Shown piece after piece: positions 1-24,614 of a DNA stretch of 64,000 bases. Every line of letters starts with the position of its first letter. Within the stretch, counting starts at the first letter, position 1. Origin of the DNA: the human T2T-CHM13v2.0 reference genome, Homo sapiens; the NCBI RefSeq assembly GCF_009914755.1, contig NC_060943.1. One strand, written 5' to 3'. The notes beneath the pieces were generated by a model that was not told the DNA's origin, ran no database searches, and worked only from the letters and a program-made list of their open reading frames with translations. Both the position numbers and the translations under genes were made by a program.

Positions 1-101
1 GCATAGCTGTGTGTTCATGCGTTCATTCCTCCAGGCACTCTTCATGAGGCCTTTCCTGGACATGGAGGATATGAAAAATAGAAATTTAAAGTTTTTATTT
101 A

Positions 102-692
<591 letters not shown>

Positions 693-2885
693 CTAGAATA
701 AGAGTTTTGATCCCCAAAAGCCTTCAGAGACTGGCAGTGGAGAGAGACAGGCAGTCCCATGATGCCATTAAGGTGTTACAGGTGCTGTTAAGGATGAGTT
801 CATGTTTTTTAGGGTTTAGGCTAAGGTGCTCTAATATAGACCCCAGAATACATTCTGGCTTAAATTCGGTGGTGGATTTTTTTTCTCTCTCTCATAACAG
901 TCTAGGACGAGATTCCTCACATGTGCTTGCACCCCATACACCCATTGGCCAGGAGGGTCACGTGACCACACCCAGCAGTTCAGGTTGCCTGTATTACAAA
1001 GGATGAGAGGCGGTGCTGGGTGATGACTGGAGAGATCATCAGGGTGACCACTGGGGAAGGAGTTTGGACTTGACTGTGGGCAAGCGGAAGAGCCAGAATA
1101 GAGTTGGTGTTAGAAGGCACCCTGAGGCTTATGTGAAGGAAGGATTGAAGTGAGGTGGCCAGCAGCAGTGTAGGCAGACCAAACCGGAGGCTGTGGGAGT
1201 CTGGAAGGCTGAGGCTAGACTAAGTGGTATGTAGAGATGAGGCTGCATTGATACGGAAGGATTCAAGATTGTTCAGGAGGCAGAAGGGACCACGTGGTGG
1301 TTTTTGCCTTGGTGGTGAAAAACTGGGCAGATGGTGCAATTGTGTGCTGGTGTGTGACATCTTTCCCAAAAGATGGGAAGTGTGTGAGGCTTCCCAAAAG
1401 CCTCAGTCTTTCTTCCCCATCCCCTTCTTTCTTTTTTATACACAGGCGCCCACACAGTCTGCTAGAAAGTTGGAGGAAATACTGTAACAGAAAGTACTGC
1501 ATCACATTTCAGTCCTCCATGCCCCTAAAAGTTACGTTATTCAATTCTGTTACAGTGGAGTAATCTCTTAGCCCCAGAATTACAGTGAATTTTTTAATAC
1601 ATTGAAAAGAGTGCGCTATTTTTAATATTTTTTTGTTCTTTTTGTTTTTCCCTATTAGTGGGTGATTAACTGTACTGGTTTTAATCAGTTAATTACGTCA
1701 GTTGCTAAAAGTCTGAATCTTCATTAGTGTTCATGACAAATTTTATGACTTAAGTAATTTATCTGAGTTATGCTTCACATGCACATAGTTTTTATAATTT
1801 TATAGATATTAATACAATTTATATTTGTTTTTGATGCTTTAATGGGCATAATTTGGCAGGTGAGAGCCCCTCAAGTTGTCTGCTATGTCATTTCACACCT
1901 CTCCAGCGTTTTGGGGATCATTTTGCCTCTGGCATGAGGGAAGGATCCAGGCTCAGCCCAGTTTGAAGGCAAGCCCATACGTGCTGCAAGTGCGCTAGGA
2001 CTGGAGCATTTTTTGCTCCAGTTTCACCTTCAGCAAGCGCTATATGGTAATCGTGTGCTGGCAGCCAGCCTGTCTCAGGGCAGCTTCTCTTAGAAGAAAA
2101 GAACCAGCATGGTTTTCTTGGTGTGAGGAATTCATCTGACTTATATTTGAGATTTCCATTTTAGATTTATAAACTTTATATTTTACATTTTGACTCTCAC
2201 CAGAATTTATAAACTTGTCTAAATGAAAAAGGCTACCTTTTTACTGGTGCACCAAAAATAAGTCTTTTTAAATGGGTGAGGTATAGTCTCTGAGCCTTCT
2301 CTTCTCATGCACATGTTCAGCAGCTTGAGGCTCACACAGCAAGGGCTGGAGCTGGGCAAGGGCCAGTCCTATCCTCGGAATGTGCAGGGTTTCAACAGCC
2401 CAAGCCTGCCAGGCTTGTTCACTTGGTTATTGATTCATTTCAGTGCTCCTTTATTTATTTATTTTTTTAGACTAAAATAGTTTTAATAAGGAAATAGTTT
2501 TCTTCCTTCCCTTCTCCCATGTTGTGGATTGATACCCAGAAAGGAACCCTTGTTAGCAAGCAGCGGAGCTAGGATTAGAAGAATCATGTCTGCCTGTTTT
2601 TTCCAGGGTGCTGTATTTTCCTACTGTGATTCTTAAAGTCTTTTCAAAATGGATAAACATTTCTTGTGATACTATTGTAAGGTTTAAAAATCTGCTTAAG
2701 TTAGTGATCCATGCTGCTTGCTTTTTGTGTGCCGTTAATGTGTTCCCAGAACGGGGAGCTGGGCTTGGACAGGAGTAGTCCCTCGGGAGATGTCCATAAA
2801 AGTTGATGCAGCTGAGCTCTTTCCATCCTGTCCTGGGTTGCTGTGTGCATTGCATTCTCTCAGAATCCTTCTTTCCTCTCCTCAG

Positions 2886-3059
2886 TGCCCTGAGGTACGG
2901 CTGAACATCATCTCTAACCTGGACTGTGTGAACGAGGTGATTGGCATCCGGCAGCTGTCCCAGTCCCTGCTCCCTGCCATTGTGGAGCTGGCTGAGGACG
3001 CCAAGTGGCGGGTGCGGCTGGCCATCATTGAGTACATGCCCCTCCTGGCTGGACAGCTG
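2886..3059 (+). CDS. PPP2R1A: PP2A scaffold subunit A-alpha, coding exon (exon 10), [10 protein letters not shown]...LLAGQL
   Basis: Polypyrimidine tract plus cag acceptor ending 2885; gtgagt donor at 3060; 174 nt, phase 0-0; HEAT-repeat peptide matches PPP2R1A. Confidence 0.98.
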
Positions 3060-3383
3060 GTGAGTGAGGAGGCCTGGGGGCCAGGCAGTGCTGCCTCAGG
3101 GGAGGTGCAGTATGTCCAGGGCTGTGATGGGGAAACGGGGCTTTGAAGGCTTAGTGGAGGCTGTGACAACTGCCTGGGGAGTCGAAGGAAGGGACCCAGG
3201 AAATAGGGCCTTAAAAGATGCATTGGATTCAATAAGAGAGAGGAGGGAAAGGAGCACCTCAGACAAAGTTGAGAAGTGTCCGGTCTTTCTAGGGTGGGTG
3301 TAGGTTCCATGGGATGTGGCTAGCAGCTCCCCCTGTTTGCTCTCCTGGAACGCTTACCTTGGAACCCTTGGTTTCTCCTGTAG

Positions 3384-3608
<225 letters not shown>

Positions 3609-4022
3609 TGAGTGGGAGGAGGACGAAACAGATCACCCAGGGGTTGCCTGGTATAGTGGAGAGCCAGAGGGCCACTGAGCAGCCAGACCAGGGTTTTGAA
3701 TCCTGCCCTTGGGGCTGTCAGATCTAAAACAAGTCACCTGCTGTCTTTGAATGAGCCCCACACTCATTCTTTGAAACTTCTTATTCTGGTGCCTTGGGGC
3801 CATTATGAGAATGGCTCATTGTTTACACTAAGAGAGGTAAAAAATAAAAGGTAATATTTATCTCTGTGAAGCCCTGTTTGAAGTAATAAGTGCCACATAA
3901 TTTAGGCAAATCACTTCTTAGAGCCTTAGTTTGCCCATCTGTAAAATGAAGCCAGTAGTGGAACCTACCTCTTGGAGTGGTTGAAAAGATACTGTATAAA
4001 AAAAAACAGTTACTAGATATAG

Positions 4023-4394
<372 letters not shown>

Positions 4395-5242
4395 TAGAGG
4401 GTTCCCCAAGGGAGACACCTGGCTTGGGAATGGAGACATGGAGTGCATCTTCTATCCAGAGATGAGTCCTTGGGGAACTGCAGGCAAGGGGGTGGGGCTC
4501 CCAGGGTCAGGGTCATAGGGCCTCTGGGACTGGGGACTTGGATGGTGAGGGACCCAGGGCCTGGGAGACTTGACCTGTTGGAGCAGCGATCTCAAGCTTT
4601 ATGAGCACCCCTCTCCTTCCCTGAGAAATGTGTGTCTCTATCTGTGGTGCGTTGGGTGAGTGTATGGGCTCTAGGTCAGACCTAGTTTTAAATTCTGGTA
4701 CTGCCATATATTAGCTATGGACCTTGGATAGTTACCTAACCGATGCTTTGGTCTTCTCATTTGTAAATAATTCATACTGTAAAGAATTCATACTGGTAAT
4801 CACAGCCTGGTGAGCGTGAAGATTAATCAGGTTATACACGCACAGGGCTTAGAACAGTTATGCTACAGGTAGGAAGTGCTCCTGTCTATTTGCTTTTCCT
4901 ACGATTATAATTATCTCATGTACTACTTATTTATGTGTAAACCATACACAGGGCTAGAAAGGAAGGGATTTAAAAATAAATATAACTAAGTGTTCTGATC
5001 ATTTCTTCCCACGCCACTCTCTGGAGAGCATTGCTTTAAGGAGGGATCCTAGGGCTTGGTAATTAAGGTCGATCTCCAGAATAATTAAGGGAAGCCTGAG
5101 GACAGAGAAACTGGGACATGGTGTTAGGATGGTGTTAGTGGAGTTGGGAGATTCACTCCACTAACTGAGTCACCCGTATTGCTCAGCCTCTGTGGGGCCT
5201 GATGATCACCAGAGTGGCCTGGTCAGAGGCAGCAGGAAATGA

Positions 5243-5437
<195 letters not shown>

Positions 5438-5699
5438 TGAGGTCTGGATACTCCCCCACACACTGGCAGGGGCTTCTTGTGGGCACCTTAATCTTTGACC
5501 TTTGAAGGTAGAGCCCAGGGTCAGAGGCCTGGCAGCGCTCCTTGCTTGCTGTGTGACCTTGGCTCCCTTCCCTTCTCAAGGTGTGTTTTCTCAACTGTAA
5601 AATGAACATCACAGCATGAAATAGAAAGAGGGGGTGATGGGTTGGCAGTCCTGTATACTAGCAACAAGTCATTAGAAAATGAAATCACCTTATGTTTTA

Positions 5700-7400
<1,701 letters not shown>

Positions 7401-7864
7401 CTGAAAGTGTGGGACCCACAACTGCAGATTTCTCTTTCTGTCTGTTCCAGGACACAACCTCAGCTTTAGTTTCTCTCCGAAGTCCCCCTCCGTTTTCCAA
7501 AACAATTGACTCTTGGTGCAGGCGGATTTCCCTGGGCCCCATAGATGAGAGTGGATGCCTCCTCTGGGCTCCTGGAGGACCAGGAACTTCCCCTTGGGGC
7601 CACTTACCACTCCCCTCTTACGTACCAGTTTGGTCTCTTCCTCCTGGCCCGGGTGCCTCATGGCAGAAATCAAGAGTGATTTAGCTCTGTATTCACTCCT
7701 AATACATTGTAGGCCTCAGTGAATATGTGTGAAATCAATGAAAGATACCCATTTGCTGGGCCTCAGAGACTTGGGGGTTCTGAGATTCTGTTCCACTTTC
7801 CCAGCCTGCTCTGATCTCCCTGTTTGGGGCCCCAGTCCTTGTTTATCATACTTCTGACCTTTAA

Positions 7865-8517
<653 letters not shown>

Positions 8518-8741
8518 GATTTTACTTTTAATTGACTCATAATTTTATATATTTATGGGGGTATAGTAGTGTTTCAATAATGTGTGCAAATGTGTAATGA
8601 TCAAATTAGGATAATTAGCATATCTATCACCTTAAATGTTTACTGTTTCTTTGTGATGAGAACATTCAAAATCTTCTCTTATAGCTGTTTTGAAATATGC
8701 AAAATGTTATTATTAACTATGGTCACCCGCCTGTGCAGTGA

Positions 8742-9011
<270 letters not shown>

Positions 9012-9159
9012 TAGAAAGCACGGAGCCCTAGCAGGAGGGTGGACTTTGAGGACAGGCACTGGGCCTGTGGGCAGCAGCTTCTGGGAGGGGGAGGTACCTT
9101 GGCATTGTGGGCAGAGAGAGGGCTCTGGTTCTGATTCTTGCCTGTTCCTGTTTTCCTAG

Positions 9160-9176
9160 TTCTGTCTCTCGCCTGA
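9160..9176 (+). CDS. PPP2R1A: PPP2R1A terminal exon, coding part (V)LSLA-stop
   Basis: tcctag acceptor; G|TT CTG TCT CTC GCC TGA gives the known C-terminus TVLSLA. Confidence 0.97.
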
Positions 9177-9595
9177 TGCTGGAAGAGGAGCAAACACTGG
9201 CCTCTGGTGTCCACCCTCCAACCCCCACAAGTCCCTCTTTGGGGAGACACTGGGGGGCCTTTGGCTGTCACTCCCTGTGCATGGTCTGACCCCAGGCCCC
9301 TTCCCCCAGCACGGTTCCTCCTCTCCCCAGCCTGGGAAGATGTCTCACTGTCCACCTCCCAACGGGCTAGGGGAGCACGGGGTTGGACAGGACAGTGACC
9401 TTGGGAGGAAGGGGCTACTCCGCCCACGTCAGGGAGAGATGTGAGCATCCCGGGTCACTGGATCCTGCTGCTGTAATGGGAACCCCTCCCCCATTTACTT
9501 CTCCACCTCCCGTCCTCCCCATCATTGGTTTTTTTTTGTGTGTCAACTGTGCCGTTTTTATTTTATTCCTTTTATTTTCCCCCTTTTCACAGAGA

Positions 9596-9601
9596 AATAA
9601 A
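9596..9601 (+). terminator. PPP2R1A: Proximal polyadenylation signal of PPP2R1A
   Basis: AATAAA ~420 nt after the stop, with U-rich upstream sequence. Confidence 0.9.
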
Positions 9602-9854
9602 GGTCTAGAAGTAGTTGGTCCTCTGGCCTTAGTCATCAGCTTGGAGGAGGGGGCACCACCCCAGAGCCACAACATCTGCGCTTTTCTCTGGAGAAGATCT
9701 TGTTACAGGACCCATTATACCCCTATGTCCCGAAAGAATACTCTGGGGATCCCCCCAGGAGTGCTGCTGGCCTTTGGGGTAGAGGGTCCATGAGGTGCTC
9801 TGGGTGGTGTCCTGTAGTGCAGTTCAGATTCATAGATGTCGGCCGAGTATTTGG

Positions 9855-11225
9855 GGGGTTAAGAGCAGGTGCCTTGGAACCAGACTGCCTGGGTCCAAAT
9901 TGTGGCTCCTTCAGTTAATAGACGTGTGACTAGGAGTAGCTTGTTAAGTCTTTATGAGCTCAGTTTTGTATTGTGTAAAATGAGAGTTACAGTAATACCT
10001 AGATTGCAGGGTGGGTGGCGAGGACCAAGTGAATTAGTACCTGGAAAGTGTGTAACAGTTTCAACATGAGAAGTACACAACATGAGAAGCAGAGTTAGCT
10101 GTACATTGCCAGAGAACCCCCTGTGGGCCATTTCCTGTGTTCTTGAAGAAGACTTGGGCTTGGACCCTGTCCCCAGGAGGTCTCAGAGTAATCAGGACGG
10201 TACTAGGGAGAGAACTGTGGCAAGATAGATCAGTTATCTCGGTATCTATTCTCCCCTTCCTAATGTAGAAGCTCTGATTTTTAGCTGGGCAGATGACTAC
10301 ATGGATTCAAGGTATTTTCCTAGTGTCTCTTGAAATTAGGTGTGGTATTGTGACCAAATTCTAGCCAAAAAGATGTTGAACAGAAGTGGTATATGCAGCT
10401 TCTAGGAAGTGTTCTTAAGGGGGAAGGCGTCATCCCCCACCTTTCCTCCTTCCTGCACTCTGGAATGTGGACCAGATGGCTGGAGTAGGAGCTGCCACCT
10501 GGGGCCAGAAAATGATCTTAGGCGTGAAGGTCAAGTAAGGCAGGACAAGAGAGAAGGAGCCTGCCTCCCCGAGGCTGTGAAGAGCCATGCCAGTACTGTC
10601 ACCTGGGAGAATTAAACTGGTCAAGTGCCTGTTCGTTTAGGGTTTCATCACTTGAAGGTGACCGGAATTCTAACTGATGGAGGGAGGGGCCCAGAGCACC
10701 CTGGAGAAAGGAGCAAGGGACGTATGGCTGGTGGTGTCTGCATGGAAGGGTTTCACAGAGGAAATGATGCTTGAGCACATTTTGACCCAGGTGGTGGAAG
10801 GGAAATGTGGCTTTGAGTGACAAGGTGATTTCACCAGCTCAGCCTTCATATTACCACATCCCTACCCTTTGTTAGACTTTATTGTGCCCTAGGGGATGAG
10901 GCTGAAGGAGACCAAAAAGCATCTTTAGAAATTTCCATTTATGCCCTGGGCGATAAACTCTCTCCCAGTTGAGAACTACTGCTCTAGAAATGTGAACACA
11001 CGTGTAACCAAACGTCAAAGTCTGACATTAAACTTTGACTTTCCCCATGGTTAACGCTGCTGGTCCATTGTAACAAGAGTGCAGTGGACCAGCAGCCTTT
11101 GCATTCTCAGGAGCTTGTTAGAAATGCAGAGCCTCTCGTCCCTGCCCCGACCTGCTCAGGCAGAGCCTTCATTTTAACAAGATGCCCAGGTTCATCTGCA
11201 CACTGAAGTTAGAGAAGTCCTGCCT
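9855..11225. mobile_element. Ancient repeats downstream of the proximal PAS: MIR (~9855-10060), MLT1-type LTR (~10220-10680), MER5A-like (~11040-11225)
   Basis: MIR core (ctcagtttt..tgtaaaatg); MLT1-like gtgaccaaattctagccaa; MER5A-like gagcttgttagaaatgcaga...ttttaacaagatgcccagg. Confidence 0.65.
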
Positions 11226-12354
11226 TAAATACTAACCCAGTTTTTCTCTCTTGAGAGTGAGGTTAATGCTACGTGGGTCTAGGGCTGAGGATGTGCTATG
11301 GCTCAGAGGTGGGGTCTACAATTGGACATGTGTATGTAGACAAGGCTCAGGGATATGTTGAGGCTGCTAGATTGGGCAAGTGATGGAATGGGATTATTAC
11401 AGGAGGTGGAGGTGCGATGGATACCCAGGATGTGCTGGGTAATGAGGTGATACTCAGCGACCACAGGAGTGAGTATGAGAGACGAGGGTGAAGGATAGCT
11501 TGAGTTATTGAACGCTGGCAGAGTCCTGAGTTAACCAGGAGTTGCCTGGTGTCTTGGGTCATGTGCTCTAGAAGCAGAGCCCGAGTGGAGACTCGTTCAA
11601 GTGTGTTACTGAGGGAGTGCTCTCAGGAGAACGGACTGAGGTAACTCACCTTCTGTGAGCTTCATGTTGGAAGAATCCAATCAGGTGATGAATGTGATGT
11701 TATTAAGTCCATTGTTAGGAGTGGTTCCTAATCTCCCAGGCTGCAGGCTTTGTTTGCTCCATACACCTGGCCTTCTCTGTAGCAGCTGAAGTTTGATGCT
11801 GGAGCTGGGTCAGGGTGGAGAGACTGTGTGGAGCCAGGACTCATGACCCTGGCCTGTTTCTCCCGCTCTCTAGGCCTAAATCCCAGCAGTCACACTGGCC
11901 ATCTCTAATGGTTCCTTCCACAGCACTGTTCTTCAGAGCCCACACACAAATTTTGTCTCCTTTTGTGATGACTGCACTTCTTTGGCTGTTTTTGCCAACA
12001 GCCTCTTCACTGACCCCTTCCTTCCACTGCATTGACCCAGACATCTGGATGTGGATGAGGTCGAGTCACTTGTTGCCTTTGGCTAATGCATAGGGGCACG
12101 AGTAGAGCTCTAGAATCACCATGCCCTTGACTCAGGGTGCAGAATCTGCCTATGGTGCTTGAGCTGTGGTTGTCGCTAGAGGAGAATTACCATGGCTCCC
12201 CCGGGCAGATGAAGATGACGAGGTGGTGCCTCAGCCCCGAGGAGTGAACTGCAGGGCACCGACAAGATTCTGCCTGTGGCCATCAGGGCTGGAGGGAAGG
12301 AGGCCAGGTTCATCTACCCAAGCTGGTGGCATGAGGCATAAATTTAAAAAAATT

Positions 12355-12691
<337 letters not shown>

Positions 12692-13239
12692 TTAGTGCCA
12701 GGCCTTGACTCCAGCAGGCCTTCCCCGCTCTCTCGATGTCTTGCCATACAGAGCTGCAAGGTGGTGGGGGGTTACAGGCTTTGTAGGGCTGGATTTTTCC
12801 CAGTCGGCCTCCAGGAAGGGTAAGAGACTAGTAGCTCGAAGTTTGGGTTGGCTGATTGGGTCCTTCCCAGACTTCGGAGGAGGGAAGGGAAACCTGAGGC
12901 CCCAACTCTTCATGGGGAATCACTGCTCTCTGTCCCCAAGAGCACATGCCTTTCCTGACAGAAGCTGAGTAGCGGGAATCTGCTTCCACCCACCCCTTAG
13001 CTTGGGCTTAGGCTCAGTCCCCACCCTGCTGTTCCTGTACCCTGTGCATATTCTAGAGCAGTAGGGAGAATGGGCCTTCCCTGATGCTGAAAATAAGAAT
13101 GAGGGGCTAGAACTCCAATCTCACTCTCTAGGCAAATGGCAGATGTTTATTATTCATGAATACTGTTGAGTTAATTCAGGTCTGTGTTCCTTTGCTGTTA
13201 CTCCTCTTTTTTCGTATATTTTGTACAGATACTAAGCTT

Positions 13240-13652
13240 TTATTTTATTTTATTTTTTGAGACGGAGTTTTGCTCTTGTTGCCCAGGCTGGAGTGCACTG
13301 GCACTCCACCTCCCAGGTTCAAGCGATTCTCCTGCCTCAGCCTCACAAGTAGCTGGGATTACAGGCATGCGCCACCACGCCCGCCTAATTTTCTATTTTT
13401 AGTAGAGACGGGGTTTCTCCGTGTTGGTCATGCTGGTCTCAAACTCCCGACCTCAGATCATCCGCCCGCCTCAGCCTCCCAAAATGCTGGGATTACAGGG
13501 GTGAGCCACCGCACCCAGCCATTTTTGTTTACTTTTTGAGATGGAGTCTCGCTCTGTTGCCCAGGCTGGAGGGCAGTGGTGCAATCTCCACTCACTGTAA
13601 CCTCCACCTCCTGGGTTGAAGCGATTCTCCTGCCTCAGCCTCCTGAGTAGCT
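13240..13652 (-). mobile_element. AluS plus a partial Alu
   Basis: Reverse Alu consensus. Confidence 0.93.
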
Positions 13653-14592
13653 GTTACTCTTAACATGGATAAAAATACTTTAAAAATTTTTCTTTTTTGG
13701 GAAACTAAAAGATATGCGATTCTCAATTGATTATTCAGTCTGTGGCCTTCTACTGAAGGAGCATACAGAATCTCACCTCCAGGAGCATGGAGCTCTCTTG
13801 GATAGGATCCTGCTTTCTGAGGCCAGAGCTTACTCTCCTATGTGATCAGAGGCTTTCACAGCATCCGCAGTGGTCTCCAGATCAGCCCTATCATGGAGGC
13901 TTGGTCCAGAGATCTTCATATGAAAAGGGAAATAATAAGTGTCTGGGAGACACTTCTGCAGGGATCCTGCCCTGTCTCAATAATCTCCCCCATGGCCACA
14001 GAAATACCCTGGGATTTTCCCAGGAGCTAGCCGACACACACAGATAGATTATGAACTTCAGATAGAAGCCCCAGCCTAGCCCTCACTCTGATACCTGTCA
14101 TCCCCAAACTGCTCTGAAGTGCTTATGTGCTGGTATCTCCCAAGAGTCTGCATGTCAGTGTGTCTGTGCTAGTGTAATTTATTTAGAAAAGTGCAAAGGC
14201 AAAGGGCAGGATCAACAGGCAAAGGGCAGGATCCTGGAGGCTGGATCTAGGGTCCTCTTACCTGATTTATGTCACTGATTTTCCCAAATATTGATAAAAA
14301 TGAATTGATCTCTAGGTGGCAGAGAAACAGGAGGAACCCTAGACTACATAGTAAGTAGAAAATAATGCTGCATGTCATTTAGATTGAGCTCAGCCCTGAG
14401 TCATGAAGTCTTCAGAACAAAGGAATAGTTCTCCCTTATCTGATGCTCACTGTGGCCTTGGGCAGCCTGGCATCGAGAATTCTCAGCATGTTCACTCTTG
14501 AGTTCTGTGCCTGCATCACACAGCAATGGAACAGTCCCAAAAGATTCTTAAGGGTGGGGAAAGGCACTAAGAAAAGATGAACCTGCAGTCCC

Positions 14593-15120
14593 TGTTATAC
14601 CATCTGGTCTAATTGATACTACTGTTGTCAAGCAAAAGGAGCTCTCTCCCTGAGGCACTGGAAGCCAATATTTTGACACCAGGTTTTTGAGAAAGAAAAG
14701 TTTTTTATTGTAAGTTGACTCACAAGATGAGTCAAGCTCAAATCTGTCTCCCTGTGCTGGTTTTAAGGCAGTAATTTAATTATAAAACGTTTAGGAGGTG
14801 GATTCTGGGGTTCTCAGGTGATAGGTAGAAGGAAAGGAGAGGTCTGGAAAGTCTTCAGGCATGCACAGTTCTCTTCATGTCTCCTCATGCATCATGCGCA
14901 CATTTAGTGGGAGTTTGAAACATGGTGAGGAAATTCAGGCTGTGACATCAGCATGCTTGGTCTGTGCAAACTCCATTTGGCCATATTGGTTTCAACCAAT
15001 TTTGGCCAGTTTTGTAGAGGGAGTTTGAGCATTTCAGAAAGTTATTTCTTATCTGCTGTTCTGTAAATTCATAATCTTTGTTAGTTACTGGTTTATTTAA
15101 CTCTTTGGGCATGGGTTCAC
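14593..15120. mobile_element. ERV1-type solo LTR (subfamily uncertain)
   Basis: TG...CA-bounded ~530-bp segment resembling MER4-group LTRs. Confidence 0.55.
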
Positions 15121-15289
15121 TACCACCTGTGCTGACCCCACTTGATCTTTTGGGCCTCCTTACTTCCCACCTTCATTCTCTCATCATACTTTATATACAC
15201 TAATAACTCCCCTGCTATTCTGTATGTAACCCAAATATCAGCTGTACTGCCTCATCTCTTAGATATCTATGTATACTCTGACCTAATCA

Positions 15290-21125
<5,836 letters not shown>

Positions 21126-21303
21126 TCATTTTTTGCTTCAGTAAATGGGATCTTGCTCTGCCACCCAGTGGCGATCATGGCTCACTGCAGCCTTGAACTC
21201 GGCTCAAGGGATTTTTTCCACCTCAGCCTCCTGAAGTGCTCAGATTACAGGCATAAGCCACTTTGCTCAGCCAAAAGGGGCCAAAGGGTGGATCACTGAA
21301 AGG

Positions 21304-21983
<680 letters not shown>

Positions 21984-23071
21984 TGAAGTCCTGGGATTAC
22001 AGGTGTGAGCCAATGCACCCAGCAGAATCTCCCATTTCAATGCTGACACCTCTATGAGTTTCTAATAATCTCTCCTCATGAGTTCCAGGTTGCCAGTCTC
22101 TGAGGATGTCAGTTCTTACAGCTTGAGCCTCTCAGAAAGGAGAGGTTTCACAGGGAGGTATAAAGAAAGCAGAATCTGGGCGTACATCTCCCATTATTAT
22201 TGTTTGCCCATTTTCAGGAATTAAAGGATAACAAAGTCACCAAGGGGTCTTCTCCATTAGAGGGAAACTGCTGAGATGTAGTGTGAAGAGTACTGATTGG
22301 TTTTAGACGCAGAACTTCCTGTTGCTGTCTTTGGACAAATCGTTAACTTTTCTAAGTCTGAATCCTCCAGTGATATAGCAGTTGCCAGCATTCCTCGCAG
22401 GGATATTGTGAGTCTCACAGGGCATTCTGCACGTGAAAGGAGGTGGTAAATATAAATCACTGCACATGTGTGAGGCTTCATATTATAGTCATAGATGTTT
22501 TGGATCTTGCTTCCTGATTTCTGATGCTCACAGAATCTAAAATTACAGGATTTAACCAAAGAGGGCATTTTTCTCAACCTTCTGTAAAATCCCTTTGTTC
22601 TTAATTTTCACCACATCAGAAGCAGACTTCTATCTTCTAGCTCTGACATTATTCAGTGCATGGGTCTTAATTTAGAAAAGTAACTGAGTGATGACACAGA
22701 GAGGCCAATGGGATTTTTAAAGGAAAGGCAGGGCAGAGCAGGGTGCACAGTTCAGGATTGGCCAGATTGAGGCATTCCTGAGGGCCTTGGGGAAAGGGGC
22801 TGTTCCTAGTTGTCTGGTACCTGGCTTTGTGTTGACTTAGGAGAGCAGAATATTGGCTTGGTGTGTGAGAGTTTGACATGGAGAGGGTTGGGGCATGGGC
22901 TCTGGGTGGGTAAATTTTAATAGGAAAGGCTGGCTCCAGGAAACCCACTTCTACATCTAAGAATGTGCTAGCCCCAAGATGGGCAGTCTCTACCCAGTCA
23001 GGGAAGACACAGTCACAGCACCAAAGAACACAGAAAATAAGGAAATATAATAAATATAATTGGCCCTGTGA

Positions 23072-23344
<273 letters not shown>

Positions 23345-23923
23345 TAATTTTTGTATTTTTAGGAGAGACGGGGTTTCACCACTTTGGCCAGGCTGGTCTT
23401 GAACTCCTGACCTCAGGTGATCTGCCCGCCTCGGCCTCCCAAAGTGCTGGGATTACAGGCGTGAGCCACCACACCCAGCCCACTTCTATTTTTTAAATTT
23501 CTATTTCTAAACTAGTCTTTGCAATTTCAGTCTCCAGTGAAGTCTCGGGTTGACATTACAGGAAGAGGGGGAGAACCTATAGGGAAGAGAAGGGTCTCAG
23601 AGGTGGCTATTTGGATGTAGGACTCATAACTGCCTCTGTTCAAGGTAGGAGAAAATGCTGTAGTGGGTTTCTTCCTCTATTGACTCTCCTCTATCTTAGC
23701 AGTGCTTGTGGAAACCCTAGTTTCTTCCTTGGGATTCAGCCAATGAATGTCTTACTAGCTTGAGTTTCAGCGACTCTAGAGTTCATGTAGAAAGCTCTAA
23801 TACTACATGAATTTAGATATTGTCTGAGGATAAAACTGATTTGCCTTTTTTGCAGGGCAATTTTCAGTTATTCTTTTGTTCCTGGGTTGAAGAAACTGAT
23901 GCATATGTGTCTTGGAGTTTAAC

Positions 23924-24337
<414 letters not shown>

Positions 24338-24614
24338 TCATTTATATCAAGTAGCAAACAGACAAATGTGATTTAATCTCTTAAATACTGGAATAAATGT
24401 AAACCAGTATCTTGACAGCAACACTTCTACAAATAGTTCCAACAGAACGACAGCCTTGAGGATAGTGACTTAGCACAGAGGAACTTCTGGTGAACTGGCA
24501 GTATTGTTTCCTCATCCATGTGCTGCATAAAGAGTTATGTTCTTTTGTGAAATTCCAGGGAACTGTGATTTATAACCTATAATAAGTCTTTGACTTAATC
24601 AAAATACATATCAC

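Noticed and set aside
14197-14233. 17-bp direct repeat aggcaaagggcaggatc x2 (also aacatgagaag x2 at ~10063-10089)
   Set aside because: Simple local slippage duplications; no array, spacers or CRISPR-like organisation
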